NCBI GenBank assembly: GCA_963719035.1
Contig: CAVRAO010000008.1
Coordinates: 352,001 to 416,000, forward strand
Direction: 5' to 3'
Length of the DNA stretch: 64,000 bases
DNA from: Methanobacteriota archaeon
Lineage (GTDB): Archaea; Halobacteriota; Bog-38; Methanoflorentales; Methanoflorentaceae
In this document: positions 44,868-55,152 of the stretch, in pieces
How the letters are laid out: each line of letters opens with the position of its first letter
How positions within the stretch are numbered: position 1 is the stretch's first letter
Notes under the pieces: generated by a model
Told to the model about the DNA's origin: nothing
The model's input: the letters and a program-made list of their open reading frames with translations, nothing else
Database searches by the model: none
Program-made: the position numbers and the translations under genes

Positions 44868-45407
44868 CTAAGAAGAACCGTAAGACTCTTGAGAGAACGC
44901 CCAGCTGTGGAAGATCAAATTTTGACCGTAATTGCACATGAACCAGTTAGCACTGTGGTTGCCCACCCATACCTCTTCGTAAGCTTTCGTAGCTTTGTAC
45001 GCAGCCGTATGTGTTCGGTTGACTTTGTATCCTTCCTTCAGTTTAGCAGCTATCGTTGCATTATACACATTTTTCGCTGCGGCTTTCGACTTGGTCTTCT
45101 CAATGACGATCGTCACGCGTGGACTGCCCGGAGTCGCGTTTCTCCCAACTCCCTTGTAAACGTCGTTCCCTCGCGCATTGGTTGACTTTGCGAACGGCCG
45201 TTCCATAGTGAGATTGTAGGATTCATACTGTTCAGTCAGGGCGCTGCTGTAATCGGCAGGCGTTTTTATTGGCGTGGACGTTGTCGTGGACGTTGTCGTG
45301 GACGTGGGCGTCGGTGACGACGTACTAGGGAGGCCGACCGTACAACCGGCTGCTGACAGCGATGCGACCAGAATAAGCGCTACAATCGCCGGTGTTTTTT
45401 TTATCAT
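44868..45407 (-). CDS. Hypothetical lipoprotein with Thr/Pro linker
   Basis: Lipobox AAGC; 12-bp repeats encoding STTT. Confidence 0.8.
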   Translation of the reverse strand: MIKKTPAIVALILVASLSAAGCTVGLPSTSSPTPTSTTTSTTTSTPIKTPADYSSALTEQYESYNLTMERPFAKSTNARGNDVYKGVGRNATPGSPRVTIVIEKTKSKAAAKNVYNATIAAKLKEGYKVNRTHTAAYKATKAYEEVWVGNHSANWFMCNYGQNLIFHSWAFSQESYGSS

Positions 45408-45485
45408 AAGTTTCGCCTTCGGTATAAACACATAAAACTCGACTTTTACAGCATATATCTTAGCATGCTTGCGCAGTTGAGAGGC

Positions 45486-46046
45486 CTAATTCCTTTTTAA
45501 GATGGCGTAAACGGCTCCAATAGCGATGAGCGCAAAGACGCCAAGGACGCCAGCAACTAAAGGCACGTTTATGTCTGTAGGCGCTGATGCGGGCGCGTTA
45601 CCTTGGACGGTATACGTCACGTTAGTCGCTAGTGCTCGGAGGACCGTCGAACCGCCTCCCACGTTTTGAGTCGTTGACGAATTAACGACCATGCGTGAGC
45701 TGAAAGTGCCCTCATTGGCATCGCTCGGCACGTCAAGCCTCACAGCTATGGTGATGTTTGATTTTGGAGCGATTGAACCGGATGAGGGCGACGCTGTGAG
45801 CTGACCGCTCGTGTTTGCTACATTGGTGAAGGTGACAGAATACGCAAGCGTCGAATTGTTGGCGGTGTTGGTGAGGACCACGTCCCGCTCTGCACTCCCC
45901 CCTCGTCCGACCGTGCCGAAATCAATGAGATTTGAAACGCTTGGGCTAGTTTGTGCGTTTACTGCTGTACTTATGGCAACAAGAACCGTAAGGAAAATAA
46001 CAAAAAGAGGCGTTGCGCCTCGCTTAACATTAAAGCTCATTTGCAC
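45486..46046 (-). CDS. Exported Ig-like protein with C-terminal TM anchor
   Basis: Signal peptide, IDFGTV...P.SGSIAP, TM helix plus KRN tail. Confidence 0.8.
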   Translation of the reverse strand: MQMSFNVKRGATPLFVIFLTVLVAISTAVNAQTSPSVSNLIDFGTVGRGGSAERDVVLTNTANNSTLAYSVTFTNVANTSGQLTASPSSGSIAPKSNITIAVRLDVPSDANEGTFSSRMVVNSSTTQNVGGGSTVLRALATNVTYTVQGNAPASAPTDINVPLVAGVLGVFALIAIGAVYAILKRN

Positions 46047-46186
46047 CCCCGCTCGCTTACTTTCATTCGACCATCAAAGAACATTTCGGCTATTTCCGGT
46101 CAATCGACCTGTTGATGGCACAATCGGTACCACGTCCTTTTCGGTTTGTGCCAACGAATCCAGGCAATTCACAGCCTTATCTAGCT

Positions 46187-46366
46187 TCAAAGCTCTAACA
46201 CGCGCACGGAGCAAACGTTGCGGAAGGGTATGAACGTCGAGCCCGTAGCAGCAGAACTTATGGTCAAACCGATGGCGTCAACGTCGACGAGGTTTCCTTC
46301 CCACTCAGTATCCTTTTGTATGCTCTTTATAGTAACGCGTTTCCCAATTTTCGTTTTTAACCACAT
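46187..46366 (-). CDS. Small Sm/LSm-like protein
   Basis: IGKRVTI......EGNLVDVD..GLTI......FIPFRNV.SVR; AAAGGTG RBS. Confidence 0.6.
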   Translation of the reverse strand: MWLKTKIGKRVTIKSIQKDTEWEGNLVDVDAIGLTISSAATGSTFIPFRNVCSVRVLEL

Positions 46367-46493
46367 AATGGCACCTTTCTTACGTTTGCATTGTAACTGA
46401 ATAAAAAGATAGCGACTGTGCAAAAAGAGACTTTTTCTTCTTCTTACATTGTGATCATTGACCCATCTGATGCGTGATGCTCAAAAAAACTCC

Positions 46494-46547
46494 CGAATCC
46501 TTCGTCTTCACACGGCGAAAGAGCCAGGTCCGAATCCGGCCGGGGGA
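46494..46547 (+). pseudogene. Decayed tRNA-Val(CAC)-like anticodon arm plus T-arm fragment
   Basis: TCGTC-TTCACAC-GGCGA (pairing stem, CAC anticodon), AAGA, then GCCAGG-TCCGAAT-CCGGC-CGGG. Confidence 0.7.
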
Positions 46548-46810
46548 TATGCTATTTTGTGATTGCCACAACCTAAGCGACACGAAAGCTTTCGTGTGCT
46601 GATGAATCGTAGAAAGGGTTGAAGTGTACGCGGGCCAAGGGGTGTGGTACCAGCAAAGTCACTAATGTTTAAGTATCTCGTTATTGAGAGTACTCGTCCG
46701 GTCACAGCAATTTGGCTCGTTCTCGAATGGGAAGTAGTTTAGTTGTATGCGAAAGTGCGGTCGGCACAAAATGGGAGCGATTTGAACGTCATTGCATTAA
46801 GGAGTGGTTG

Positions 46811-47680
46811 ATGAAATATTCGTGTTCTTCAAAGGCTTTGCAGCGCCAGAAACGAACGCAACTAGCGATGATTCGCTTGCTAAAAAGACGTCGAGGCGGA
46901 TTTAAGCCGAGCGGTTTTGAGATCGGCCACGTTGACGTAGCCATTCCCGACCTCGATCCTTCATTTCACGGGTATATGATCGCAAGTATCGCGGACATTC
47001 ATCTGGATGAATGGTCCAACGCGCGACGTTTTGAAGAGGTGATTAATCTCATCAACCGGCAGCACCCTGATTTAGTGGCAATTATCGGCGATCTCTTCTC
47101 CTACGAGGTTGACGGACTCTCGCAGCAGATGGCCACCTCTTTGAACAAACTGCAGCCAAAAGATGCCAGCGTTGCCGTTCTCGGAAATCATGATCACTGG
47201 GCCGGCGCGGCAGCTGTTCGCAAGGTTTTGGAACAAAGCAATGTTATCGATCTGAGTAACGACGTATTCACGATCAACAAGGGACGAGCGACGCTGCACG
47301 TCGCTGGGGTTGACAGCGTTATGTCAGGGAACCATCAGTTGGATGCGGTCCTGGATAAGCTTCCGCCGCTGGGCCCAGCAATCCTGCTGGCACACGAGCC
47401 TGATTTCGCAGATATAAGCTCTGCTACTGGTAGATTCAGCTTGCAGATTTCGGGACACTCGCACGGAGGACAGTGGATCGTGCCCGGAATCGGACCCCCG
47501 ATTCGCGGCATCTATGCTCGAAAGTACCCCCTTGGACGATATCGCGTGGGAAACATGACGCATTACACGAACCGTGGCATCGGGGCGAGTATAATCCGTC
47601 TAAGGATCAATTGCCTGCCGGAGATTACACTCTTTACGTTGATGCCCTCAGGGAATGCGTTTAACTATAGGACTAATTGA
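46811..47680 (+). CDS. Metallophosphoesterase (YkuE-like)
   Basis: DIH, GD, GNHD and GHSHGGQ motifs. Confidence 0.93.
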   Translation: MKYSCSSKALQRQKRTQLAMIRLLKRRRGGFKPSGFEIGHVDVAIPDLDPSFHGYMIASIADIHLDEWSNARRFEEVINLINRQHPDLVAIIGDLFSYEVDGLSQQMATSLNKLQPKDASVAVLGNHDHWAGAAAVRKVLEQSNVIDLSNDVFTINKGRATLHVAGVDSVMSGNHQLDAVLDKLPPLGPAILLAHEPDFADISSATGRFSLQISGHSHGGQWIVPGIGPPIRGIYARKYPLGRYRVGNMTHYTNRGIGASIIRLRINCLPEITLFTLMPSGNAFNYRTN

Positions 47681-47738
47681 GACAGTAGCTTACGTTAAAG
47701 ATGTCAACCGTTAATAGAAGTAATTGTAACAAACGAAA

Positions 47739-48929
47739 ATGGTAGGAAAAGACTTTCTCATCGAGCTTTTTCAAGCGGCTGAAATGCGCCGCTGGAACGA
47801 CAAGCTGTGTCCACTCCCCCTTACCGAGCTGGATAAACAGGGACACAAGATGACCATTGCCTACGTGCTCGGCAAGTTCGCCGAACATGAGGGCGGCTTC
47901 AGCTGGACCGAGATCATCGAGGGCGGACTTTTTGAGTACTTCGAGCGCCTCACCCTCACTGACATCAAGCCACAGGTCTTCGAGCGGATCAAAGCCAACG
48001 AAGAGACCTTTACGGAGCTCAAAAAAGAGGTCTATGCCCGCTTCACGCCCCTCATCGCCGACCTAGACGGCTTGGATGAACGATTCGAGACGTATCTTTT
48101 CCATCCGCAGGACTCCATCAACCGAAAGATCCTCGACGCCGCCCACTTTTACGCAACCAAGTGGGAGTTTGACATTATCAAACACGAGAACTGGAACGAC
48201 TACGAGATCGACGAGATCCAGCGCGGCCTGCAGCGGCGGCAGGAGGCGCTCTCTGACGTGGATGGGCTACAGAAGCTTGCCCTGTTTCCGACCTACCGCA
48301 GCTTCGTCGACTTGTGCGGGCGGCTTCGGTTCCAGGTGCGGTGGGGGCAACTGTACCGGGTTCCGCGCACCTCGGTGCTTGGCCATATGCTTATCGTTGC
48401 CATCCTGTCGTACCTGTTTTCCCTTACGATTGACGCATGCCCCAAACGGCGCGTTAATAACTACTTCGCCGGCCTCTTTCACGACTTGCCTGAGGTTCTC
48501 ACTAAAGACGTCATCAGCCCCGTCAAGAGGGCCGCCACTGGCGTCGACCGCTTCGTTAAGGAGTTTGAAAGAGACGAGATGCAACGGCGGATTTACCGAC
48601 CGAAGCTTATCCCAGAGGCGTGGCAGCCCGAGATGCGCATGTTTACCGAGGACGAGTTTGTCTCGAAGGTGACGGTCGAGGGGAAACTGCAGAATACGAC
48701 CTCTGACGCGATAAGCGCGTCGTACAACGATGACCGGTATAATCCGGTCGACGGCGAGCTGGTCAAAGCAGCCGATGATCTCGCAGCGTTTATGGAAGCG
48801 TATTTGGCGTTGCAGAACGGTATCTCGAACGCACAATTGCGAACCGCTGTTCGAGAGAAGAGCTTGTTCTATCGCCATAAGACGATTGCTGGCATAGACT
48901 TCGGCAAAGCGTACAAAGGTTTTCAATAG
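47739..48929 (+). CDS. HD-domain protein (YfbR-like, tandem domains)
   Basis: MRRWND..ELDKQ, SVLGH, FHDLPE and KAADD motifs. Confidence 0.88.
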   Translation: MVGKDFLIELFQAAEMRRWNDKLCPLPLTELDKQGHKMTIAYVLGKFAEHEGGFSWTEIIEGGLFEYFERLTLTDIKPQVFERIKANEETFTELKKEVYARFTPLIADLDGLDERFETYLFHPQDSINRKILDAAHFYATKWEFDIIKHENWNDYEIDEIQRGLQRRQEALSDVDGLQKLALFPTYRSFVDLCGRLRFQVRWGQLYRVPRTSVLGHMLIVAILSYLFSLTIDACPKRRVNNYFAGLFHDLPEVLTKDVISPVKRAATGVDRFVKEFERDEMQRRIYRPKLIPEAWQPEMRMFTEDEFVSKVTVEGKLQNTTSDAISASYNDDRYNPVDGELVKAADDLAAFMEAYLALQNGISNAQLRTAVREKSLFYRHKTIAGIDFGKAYKGFQ

Positions 48930-49224
48930 ATCGCAGGGATCGGCGGCGCAAATGCTCGGCACTCAGCGATTCTTAAAACAACAAGCATAGCTTACTACTC
49001 ACGGTCAAATGCCCCAAGACTTGATACAGGATCGCAAAGAAATAAACCCGGGACGCGACCGGCTGAATCAACAAAAGCACTGTGATTTGCCTTGGGGCTT
49101 TGACCAAACACCATATTCTTTCGTTGATACTATTTTAACGCTTTGAAAACGATCGGTTTTTGATAAAGAAAATACGCTAACTTATCAAAAATCGATAAGA
49201 GCGCACGCATTGCGCGCTTTATTC

Positions 49225-49647
49225 CTACAGTCGCTTGGCTAGACTGGATGCACCAAGCTGTCGGAGGATCCCAAACAAGTTGAGCTCGCCCCACTGCTCC
49301 GCAACTCTACCCTTCTCGACGCGGAAGATGGTAATTCCTTCCAGGGTCACCCGCTTGCCAGTGGGAGGGACGTCTAAGAAGGGCCCCTTGTGCGTCGCGT
49401 ATCCAGACCACCGAATCACTACCTTATCAGCCTCTGCGATCGTGTCCTCGACGGCGATTTCGGCATCAGGAAATGCAGTACGATAGACCTCACTCGCTTG
49501 CATTGTGCCCTTTACGCCCGGCAATTGACTTTCCAGAGGGTTATGATCAACAAAGCCGGACGCAGTCGTTTCTTCGAGCGTCCTTAAATCGCCTGAATCG
49601 AATGCTCGAAAGTTGCGCAGCGCAATTAGCTCGATTTCTCTCTTCAA
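49225..49647 (-). CDS. SnoaL-like ester cyclase
   Basis: AFPD...DKVVIRW...THKGPF.DVPPTGK. Confidence 0.9.
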   Translation of the reverse strand: MKREIELIALRNFRAFDSGDLRTLEETTASGFVDHNPLESQLPGVKGTMQASEVYRTAFPDAEIAVEDTIAEADKVVIRWSGYATHKGPFLDVPPTGKRVTLEGITIFRVEKGRVAEQWGELNLFGILRQLGASSLAKRL

Positions 49648-49726
49648 TAGACATGTCTTTTCAGAGGCTCTTACGGTTTGATCTCTGCGCTACATACAGC
49701 GACATTTGGCGCTAAAAAAAGCTTCT

Positions 49727-49951
49727 TTACTCTTTAGCTGCCCCTTTTATACAGTAGAAGGCTTCGCCGAGCTCAAACGTTGCCGATACGGGGCACACGT
49801 TGCACGGACATTTAACGCGTCGTGGAATTTTCGGACTTGCGCCGATAGCGCAAAAAAGCGTATCACTTAGCACGTTCTGATTGTACGTCGGACAATCCCC
49901 TTTATCACAAATGCAGCTCTTCCTGTTGGCTTCGGTGTCTGGTACCTGCAT
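49727..49951 (-). CDS. DUF2769-like Cys-rich protein
   Basis: CIC...CPTY...LFCA.G...CPC..CPV...YC..G. Confidence 0.8.
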   Translation of the reverse strand: MQVPDTEANRKSCICDKGDCPTYNQNVLSDTLFCAIGASPKIPRRVKCPCNVCPVSATFELGEAFYCIKGAAKE

Positions 49952-50222
49952 TCACATCTCCCATTTTACAATCTGCTGACTTTGGTAGCGGCGGATAAGC
50001 GCAGCCAACGCACTAGGGCTTTCATTACCCATTCCGTGCGTTTAGAAACCGTTTAGTTCTGAATAAGGAATGAGCGCGCCACTGGTATAAGATTTTCGAG
50101 CTCCCATGCTGGTTGCGCCCGATTGCGCGTGACCTGCGGTTCGTCTTGTCACTAAATGGTGACTCCTTAAGAGCAAATGTAAAGAGTCTTTATCGCGCAA
50201 CTAGTAGTACAGGCGAAGCTCG

Positions 50223-50783
50223 ATGATGGTGATCTACTCCGTGGGACATTCGAATCGATCGCTGCAGGAATTCATTTCACTTTTATCGCATTATGCCGTT
50301 TTAACGGTGATCGACGTGCGCAGCCATCCGCACTCACTCGCCAATCCTCACTTCAACAAAGAAGTGCTTGAATATGAGCTGCCGCGGTCAAGTATGCAAT
50401 ATTGCTGGATGGGAGAGGGATTTGGGGGGTTCAGACCTCAGGGGGCCGAAGAGTCGCCAAACGCTGCGTGGCGGGTGAAAAGTTTCAAGAACTACGCGGA
50501 TTACGCGCTCACCGACGCTTTTTCTGACGCCTTGACTGAACTTACCTCTCTTGCCACAAAACAAACCGCCGCCTTAATGTGTGCTGAAATCCTTTGGACG
50601 CGTTGCCATCGTCGGATTATCGCTGATTATCTTCTGGCGCTTGGGTGGGAGGTCGTGCATATAGTGGACGCGTCTCGTTCTACGACCCACGAGCTCACCC
50701 CCTTTGCAAAAGTTGAGGGCGCCCACATAACGTACCCCTCCCCTTTGCTCCAGCATTCGCTGGATGATTTCCAGTCAGAATGA
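50223..50783 (+). CDS. DUF488 protein
   Basis: SVGHSNR, DVR and MCAE...CHR motifs. Confidence 0.92.
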   Translation: MMVIYSVGHSNRSLQEFISLLSHYAVLTVIDVRSHPHSLANPHFNKEVLEYELPRSSMQYCWMGEGFGGFRPQGAEESPNAAWRVKSFKNYADYALTDAFSDALTELTSLATKQTAALMCAEILWTRCHRRIIADYLLALGWEVVHIVDASRSTTHELTPFAKVEGAHITYPSPLLQHSLDDFQSE

Positions 50784-50861
50784 GACGGAATCGCGCGTAT
50801 GCTTTCTTGCTACCTCGAATCCGTTTGAGTCGTCAGAGCGATCGCAAAAGATGATCTGTCA

Positions 50862-51227
50862 CTACCGTTGTCGCGCGCGCATCGTTTCGCGCAACCGATC
50901 GCCGCAACCAAAATAAGACGCCACTTCGCGCTCAGTAACCGGCTTCACTACTTGGGATAAATGCGCGCAAATCATATCGGCGGCCTCGGTCGGTATGTCG
51001 AATTGTGAGAGGTATAAATCGGTTATTTTCCAAAACTCGTCCCGATCGTTCACGCTGTCGAGCATATCTAAGTCGATCGAACCTAACCGCGTTTTATCGA
51101 CTATGCGCCCGTTTAACCACTTTTCTAGTACTACATGCAACGTAACATCGCCATGTCGGACCTGCCTTCGTGGGCCGTTAAACTTTTGTACGAACCGAGC
51201 GCGGTATTCTTCTGGCATTACTACCAA
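50862..51227 (-). CDS. Hypothetical protein
   Basis: 121-aa ORF with RBS and protein-like composition. Confidence 0.55.
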   Translation of the reverse strand: MVVMPEEYRARFVQKFNGPRRQVRHGDVTLHVVLEKWLNGRIVDKTRLGSIDLDMLDSVNDRDEFWKITDLYLSQFDIPTEAADMICAHLSQVVKPVTEREVASYFGCGDRLRETMRARQR

Positions 51228-51326
51228 TACCCCTCTACTCTTTATTAAGCTAAGTGCCTAACCGATGCGAAGCACGAAAGTAATTATTACCCTTAGAACC
51301 GGCACACGTGTAATTGCTTACAGCAG

Positions 51327-51422
51327 CTAAAACGGCCGTATTGATAGGTAGAAAACCAGGAGGCCCAATACTAGCATGAGGGCTATAACAACCGCTATCA
51401 TCTTCGTCTGAAGTGAGTTCAT
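51327..51422 (-). CDS. Tiny single-TM peptide
   Basis: AAGGA RBS; MNSLQTKMIAVVIALMLVLGLLVFYLSIRPF. Confidence 0.45.
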   Translation of the reverse strand: MNSLQTKMIAVVIALMLVLGLLVFYLSIRPF

Positions 51423-51708
51423 TTTACGCGTCCTTCCTTTCCTTCGTTTTATTAGCATACGTGACGAGAAGATAACCAGCCCATACCACAAGAGAGCCGA
51501 TGGCAATGCTAGCAGCGAGGAGGGGGTTGAACATCGCAGCAAAGAGTATGAAAAATGCGGCTGCAAGGGTGAGTAGTGCTTTATAATCCACGTCTAAGTG
51601 TTACTACGTAAGTCCTTAAATCCGTTTCCCGCCTCGTCATTGACTTTCTCGGGTGTAGATCAACCAAACCTCTTTTTCGAGTGAATGCCAGCCGAATTGA
51701 TCACATCC

Positions 51709-52446
51709 TTAGGATGTGTGAAGCGATATCTGCCTCTTTGAGCTTCCAATCGGAAATACCTCTGCGCCGAGGACATTATTGAGGTCAAAGCCGTAAAGCG
51801 TCGCGTCTTTTTCTAAGACGACAAGTCGCCCCTTTACGCCAATGACGCGGCCGATGAGCATATCCTTCACCTGCAAGGGCCGCATCCACAGTGGCACATC
51901 AAAATAGCGGAGCTTAGTTTCATCGCGAGTGTCCATCTTAGCTTTCATCGCGTCCCAAGCTGTCCAATCGAGTTCAGTGTCAACGAGCATTTTTTGAGAA
52001 TGGCGGACTGTCCCTTTGATTCCGTAACGCTTCTGCAGTTCGCGCTCGCGTCTTCGAGCTCGTTCGCCATCTAAGACATAGTCGACCACTGCAGCCACAT
52101 CGGCACCTTGCTCTCGCAGCCGGTCATCAAGTCGGCTGGCTTTCGTCACACCGATCTTGAAAATGTCGGGCCTGAACATTGCGATATATACCGCGTGCTC
52201 TTCTAGACACGTTTTTTCGTCCTTCAAGCACGTCCCGGTGCAGATTGCGCAGGCGTTAAACTCCTGGCAACTCCCGCACACCGGGGCTTCTTCACTGTCG
52301 CACGAATAATACATACCAGCCTGCCACTTTCCGACGCAGGTTCGCCTCCCTATCCCAAGCGACAGATTGCCTGAGAGCGGCAGCAGCTTCATAGAAGGAT
52401 ACGCTAGTAACGTCTTTTTTAGAGACGAAAAGCCAATAATCTTCAC
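51709..52446 (-). CDS. DUF2797 family protein
   Basis: Cys clusters; H.VYIA.F....KIGVT...RL.EQGAD. Confidence 0.85.
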   Translation of the reverse strand: MKIIGFSSLKKTLLAYPSMKLLPLSGNLSLGIGRRTCVGKWQAGMYYSCDSEEAPVCGSCQEFNACAICTGTCLKDEKTCLEEHAVYIAMFRPDIFKIGVTKASRLDDRLREQGADVAAVVDYVLDGERARRRERELQKRYGIKGTVRHSQKMLVDTELDWTAWDAMKAKMDTRDETKLRYFDVPLWMRPLQVKDMLIGRVIGVKGRLVVLEKDATLYGFDLNNVLGAEVFPIGSSKRQISLHTS

Positions 52447-52528
52447 TACAAATAGATTTGTTTTTAAGTCTTTATATGTGTTAACCTCGCGACCGTTACT
52501 ATTTAAGCTCAGAAAAAGACTATGAGGT

Positions 52529-53098
52529 ATGCTCGTTGAGGTCTTAGAAGAGCCCGTGTTCTACGATGGATCACAAATAGAACCATTGTGGGGTTACAAA
52601 CGCTGCGGCATACTCGGCGATTGTGTTATCGTTTTTCGGGGTGGCATGGACGTCTCGGAAGAACGCATGAAAGACTGCGAGGATATTCGCGGCAAAAGCA
52701 AGATAACCGGCGACGATGTCCTCCATCTCATCGTTGAACGCTTTGACAGCCCTGGAAACATGTTCATATCTTACTTGTTACAGCGATTACTCGTTGTTTC
52801 CGCGCAAGCCGTGCTAAACATGTACGGTATTGAGACGACGAGATCTGGTGATGATCTTTACGTTGCAGACGAGAAGCTCACCGTGAGCATTGCAACAGCA
52901 AGCATAGCCAGCGAGAAGATGCATCTAGGAATCAACGTCACCACGAGCGGGACGCCCAAAGGCGTTGCCATCACAAGCCTGACTTCCTCGGGTATCGAAC
53001 CAGACGAAAGCCTTTCGATCGGAAGAGATATTGCCGATATGTTCTCGAGGGAGACCCTCGGAATCCTTAAAGACGTAGTGAAGACCCGCGGGTCCTAA
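52529..53098 (+). CDS. DUF366 family protein
   Basis: YDGSQI.PLW, GDDLY..KLTVSIAT and HLGIN motifs. Confidence 0.88.
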   Translation: MLVEVLEEPVFYDGSQIEPLWGYKRCGILGDCVIVFRGGMDVSEERMKDCEDIRGKSKITGDDVLHLIVERFDSPGNMFISYLLQRLLVVSAQAVLNMYGIETTRSGDDLYVADEKLTVSIATASIASEKMHLGINVTTSGTPKGVAITSLTSSGIEPDESLSIGRDIADMFSRETLGILKDVVKTRGS

Positions 53099-53138
53099 CG
53101 CTGAGCTTCTCTTTTTGGACTAAAGAGAGGGATGCTCA

Positions 53139-53717
53139 ATGCGAAAAGAACAAATCATTTATTTAGAGAAGCCCGGCCCTCAAAACACTGAAGACGTGAT
53201 AAACGCCGTGCAGACTTATGTTGCAAGGAGCGGTCTGAAGCGAGTCGTTGTGGCGAGCACAACAGGCGCCACCGCGGTTAAATTTGCAGCTGCGCTCAAA
53301 AACACAGCAGAACTGGTTGTTGTGACTCACCATACCGGATTCAGTCAAGAAGGCACGCAGCGTTTTGACGCGGAAATACGGAAAATGCTCGAAAAACAAG
53401 GAGTCACGGTATTGACCCAATCGCATGTGCTTTCAGGAATTGAAAGGAGTATTTCTCGGAAGTTCGGCGGCATTTCACGCGTTGAGGCCATCGCAGAAGC
53501 GCTTCGCTCCCTGCTCGGACACGGACTCAAAGTGTGCGTGGAGATCGCGATCATGGCAGCTGATGCAGGCGCAATACCTATTGAAGACATTATCGCTGTC
53601 GGTGGCACGGGTAGTGGTTCTGACACCGCCGTAGTGATACGCCCAGCACACATGAACAACTTTTTCGATGCCCGCATCAGGGAGATCATCGTAATGCCAC
53701 GAGGTGGCGATGCCTGA
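53139..53717 (+). CDS. Stand-alone pyruvate-kinase C-terminal-like (PK_C) archaeal protein
   Basis: [30 protein letters not shown] and GGT..G.DTA motifs. Confidence 0.88.
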   Translation: MRKEQIIYLEKPGPQNTEDVINAVQTYVARSGLKRVVVASTTGATAVKFAAALKNTAELVVVTHHTGFSQEGTQRFDAEIRKMLEKQGVTVLTQSHVLSGIERSISRKFGGISRVEAIAEALRSLLGHGLKVCVEIAIMAADAGAIPIEDIIAVGGTGSGSDTAVVIRPAHMNNFFDARIREIIVMPRGGDA

Positions 53718-55146
53718 TCGATTTGAAATCACGCACAAAGACGTATTCGGGCGTATTGGCAAGCTTGATACGCCGCACGGACCGATCGAAACGCCTGCTC
53801 TGCTGCCGGTCGTCAACCCGAACGCGGCACTCGTTGCGCCTGAGGAGATGCGACAGTTCGGGGCCACAGCGCTCATAACGAACGCCTATATCATCTACCG
53901 GAATCCCCGTTTAAAGGAAGCTGCGCTCTCTGGAGGTATCCACAAGCTGCTCGGATTTGACGGGCCGATTATGACTGATTCAGGATCATTTCAACTTGCC
54001 ACATATGGGAAAATAGAAATTCGGTCAGAAGAGATAGTGGCTTTCCAGCGCGATATCGGATCAGACATCGGAACTCCAATTGATATACCGACGCCTCCTG
54101 ACGTTCCGTTTGAGCGGGCGCTCAGAGAACTCAATTTGACGCTGGAGCGGATTCGTGAGGCAACGACATGTTGTGGAGCCGAAATGCTGTTAGCGGCACC
54201 TATCCAAGGGTCGACGCACCTCGACTTGAGAGAGCAGCACGCGCGGCTGCTCAGCAAGCTCAACGCCGACGTTTACCCGATCGGAGCAGTCGTTCCACTT
54301 ATGGAATCTTATAGATATACTGCCCTGAGCAACGTCATTATGGCTTGCAAGGCAGGATTGACGTTGAACAAGCCCGTTCATCTGTTTGGAGCCGGGCATC
54401 CCATGATGTTCGCCCTCGCTGTGGCGTTAGGATGTGATCTGTTCGACTCAGCCGCCTACGCGCTCTATGCGAGAGCCGGGCGCTATCTAACGGCAAGCGG
54501 CACTCACCAACTCGACAACTTAGCTTATTTGCCGTGTTCGTGTCCAGTTTGCGCAGCTGGAGATCCGAAGCTCACCGAACGGGAACTTGCCGAGCATAAC
54601 CTTTGGGTGTCATTTGCTGAGCTCAAGACTATCAAGCAAGCGATAGTTGACGGGCAACTCTGGGAGCTGGTTGAAAGACGATGCGCGTATCCCGCGCTTT
54701 TGCAAGCCCTCCGAACGATCCAAAAAAACTGCGCGTCCTTTGAACCCATAGAACCGTTGAAGAGTTCTTTTATGTACACGTGCACGGAATCCGCCGAGCG
54801 GCCGGACGTTGCACGCTTCTCGAAAAAGCTTAACAATCTCGAATTGACCGGCCGCGTGCTCATAACGACCAACCGGAACAAGACCCGGGACGTGGAACAC
54901 GAGTTTGACACCACATTGCTTATGAAGGCCCCTTTTGGTCCCTATCCGCAAGAGCTCGCAGAAACGTATCCTATCGGTCAGTCTGAAGTCCCCGATCCCG
55001 ACTACGCCTCAATCAAATCCGCTGTGAGAAATCTGATAGCGCTTATCAGATCTAAAAACGTTGAAGCGACCTTTGCCTATGATAGCACGTGGAATCACGA
55101 CGATCTTGCCGAACTAAGCTCTTATGCAACGCTCTTACCATTGTGA
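53710..55146 (+). CDS. tgtA: Archaeosine tRNA-guanine(15) transglycosylase (short form without PUA domain)
   Basis: [25 protein letters not shown] and CSCPVC..H zinc site. Confidence 0.96.
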   Translation: MPDRFEITHKDVFGRIGKLDTPHGPIETPALLPVVNPNAALVAPEEMRQFGATALITNAYIIYRNPRLKEAALSGGIHKLLGFDGPIMTDSGSFQLATYGKIEIRSEEIVAFQRDIGSDIGTPIDIPTPPDVPFERALRELNLTLERIREATTCCGAEMLLAAPIQGSTHLDLREQHARLLSKLNADVYPIGAVVPLMESYRYTALSNVIMACKAGLTLNKPVHLFGAGHPMMFALAVALGCDLFDSAAYALYARAGRYLTASGTHQLDNLAYLPCSCPVCAAGDPKLTERELAEHNLWVSFAELKTIKQAIVDGQLWELVERRCAYPALLQALRTIQKNCASFEPIEPLKSSFMYTCTESAERPDVARFSKKLNNLELTGRVLITTNRNKTRDVEHEFDTTLLMKAPFGPYPQELAETYPIGQSEVPDPDYASIKSAVRNLIALIRSKNVEATFAYDSTWNHDDLAELSSYATLLPL

Positions 55147-55152
55147 AAGAAC

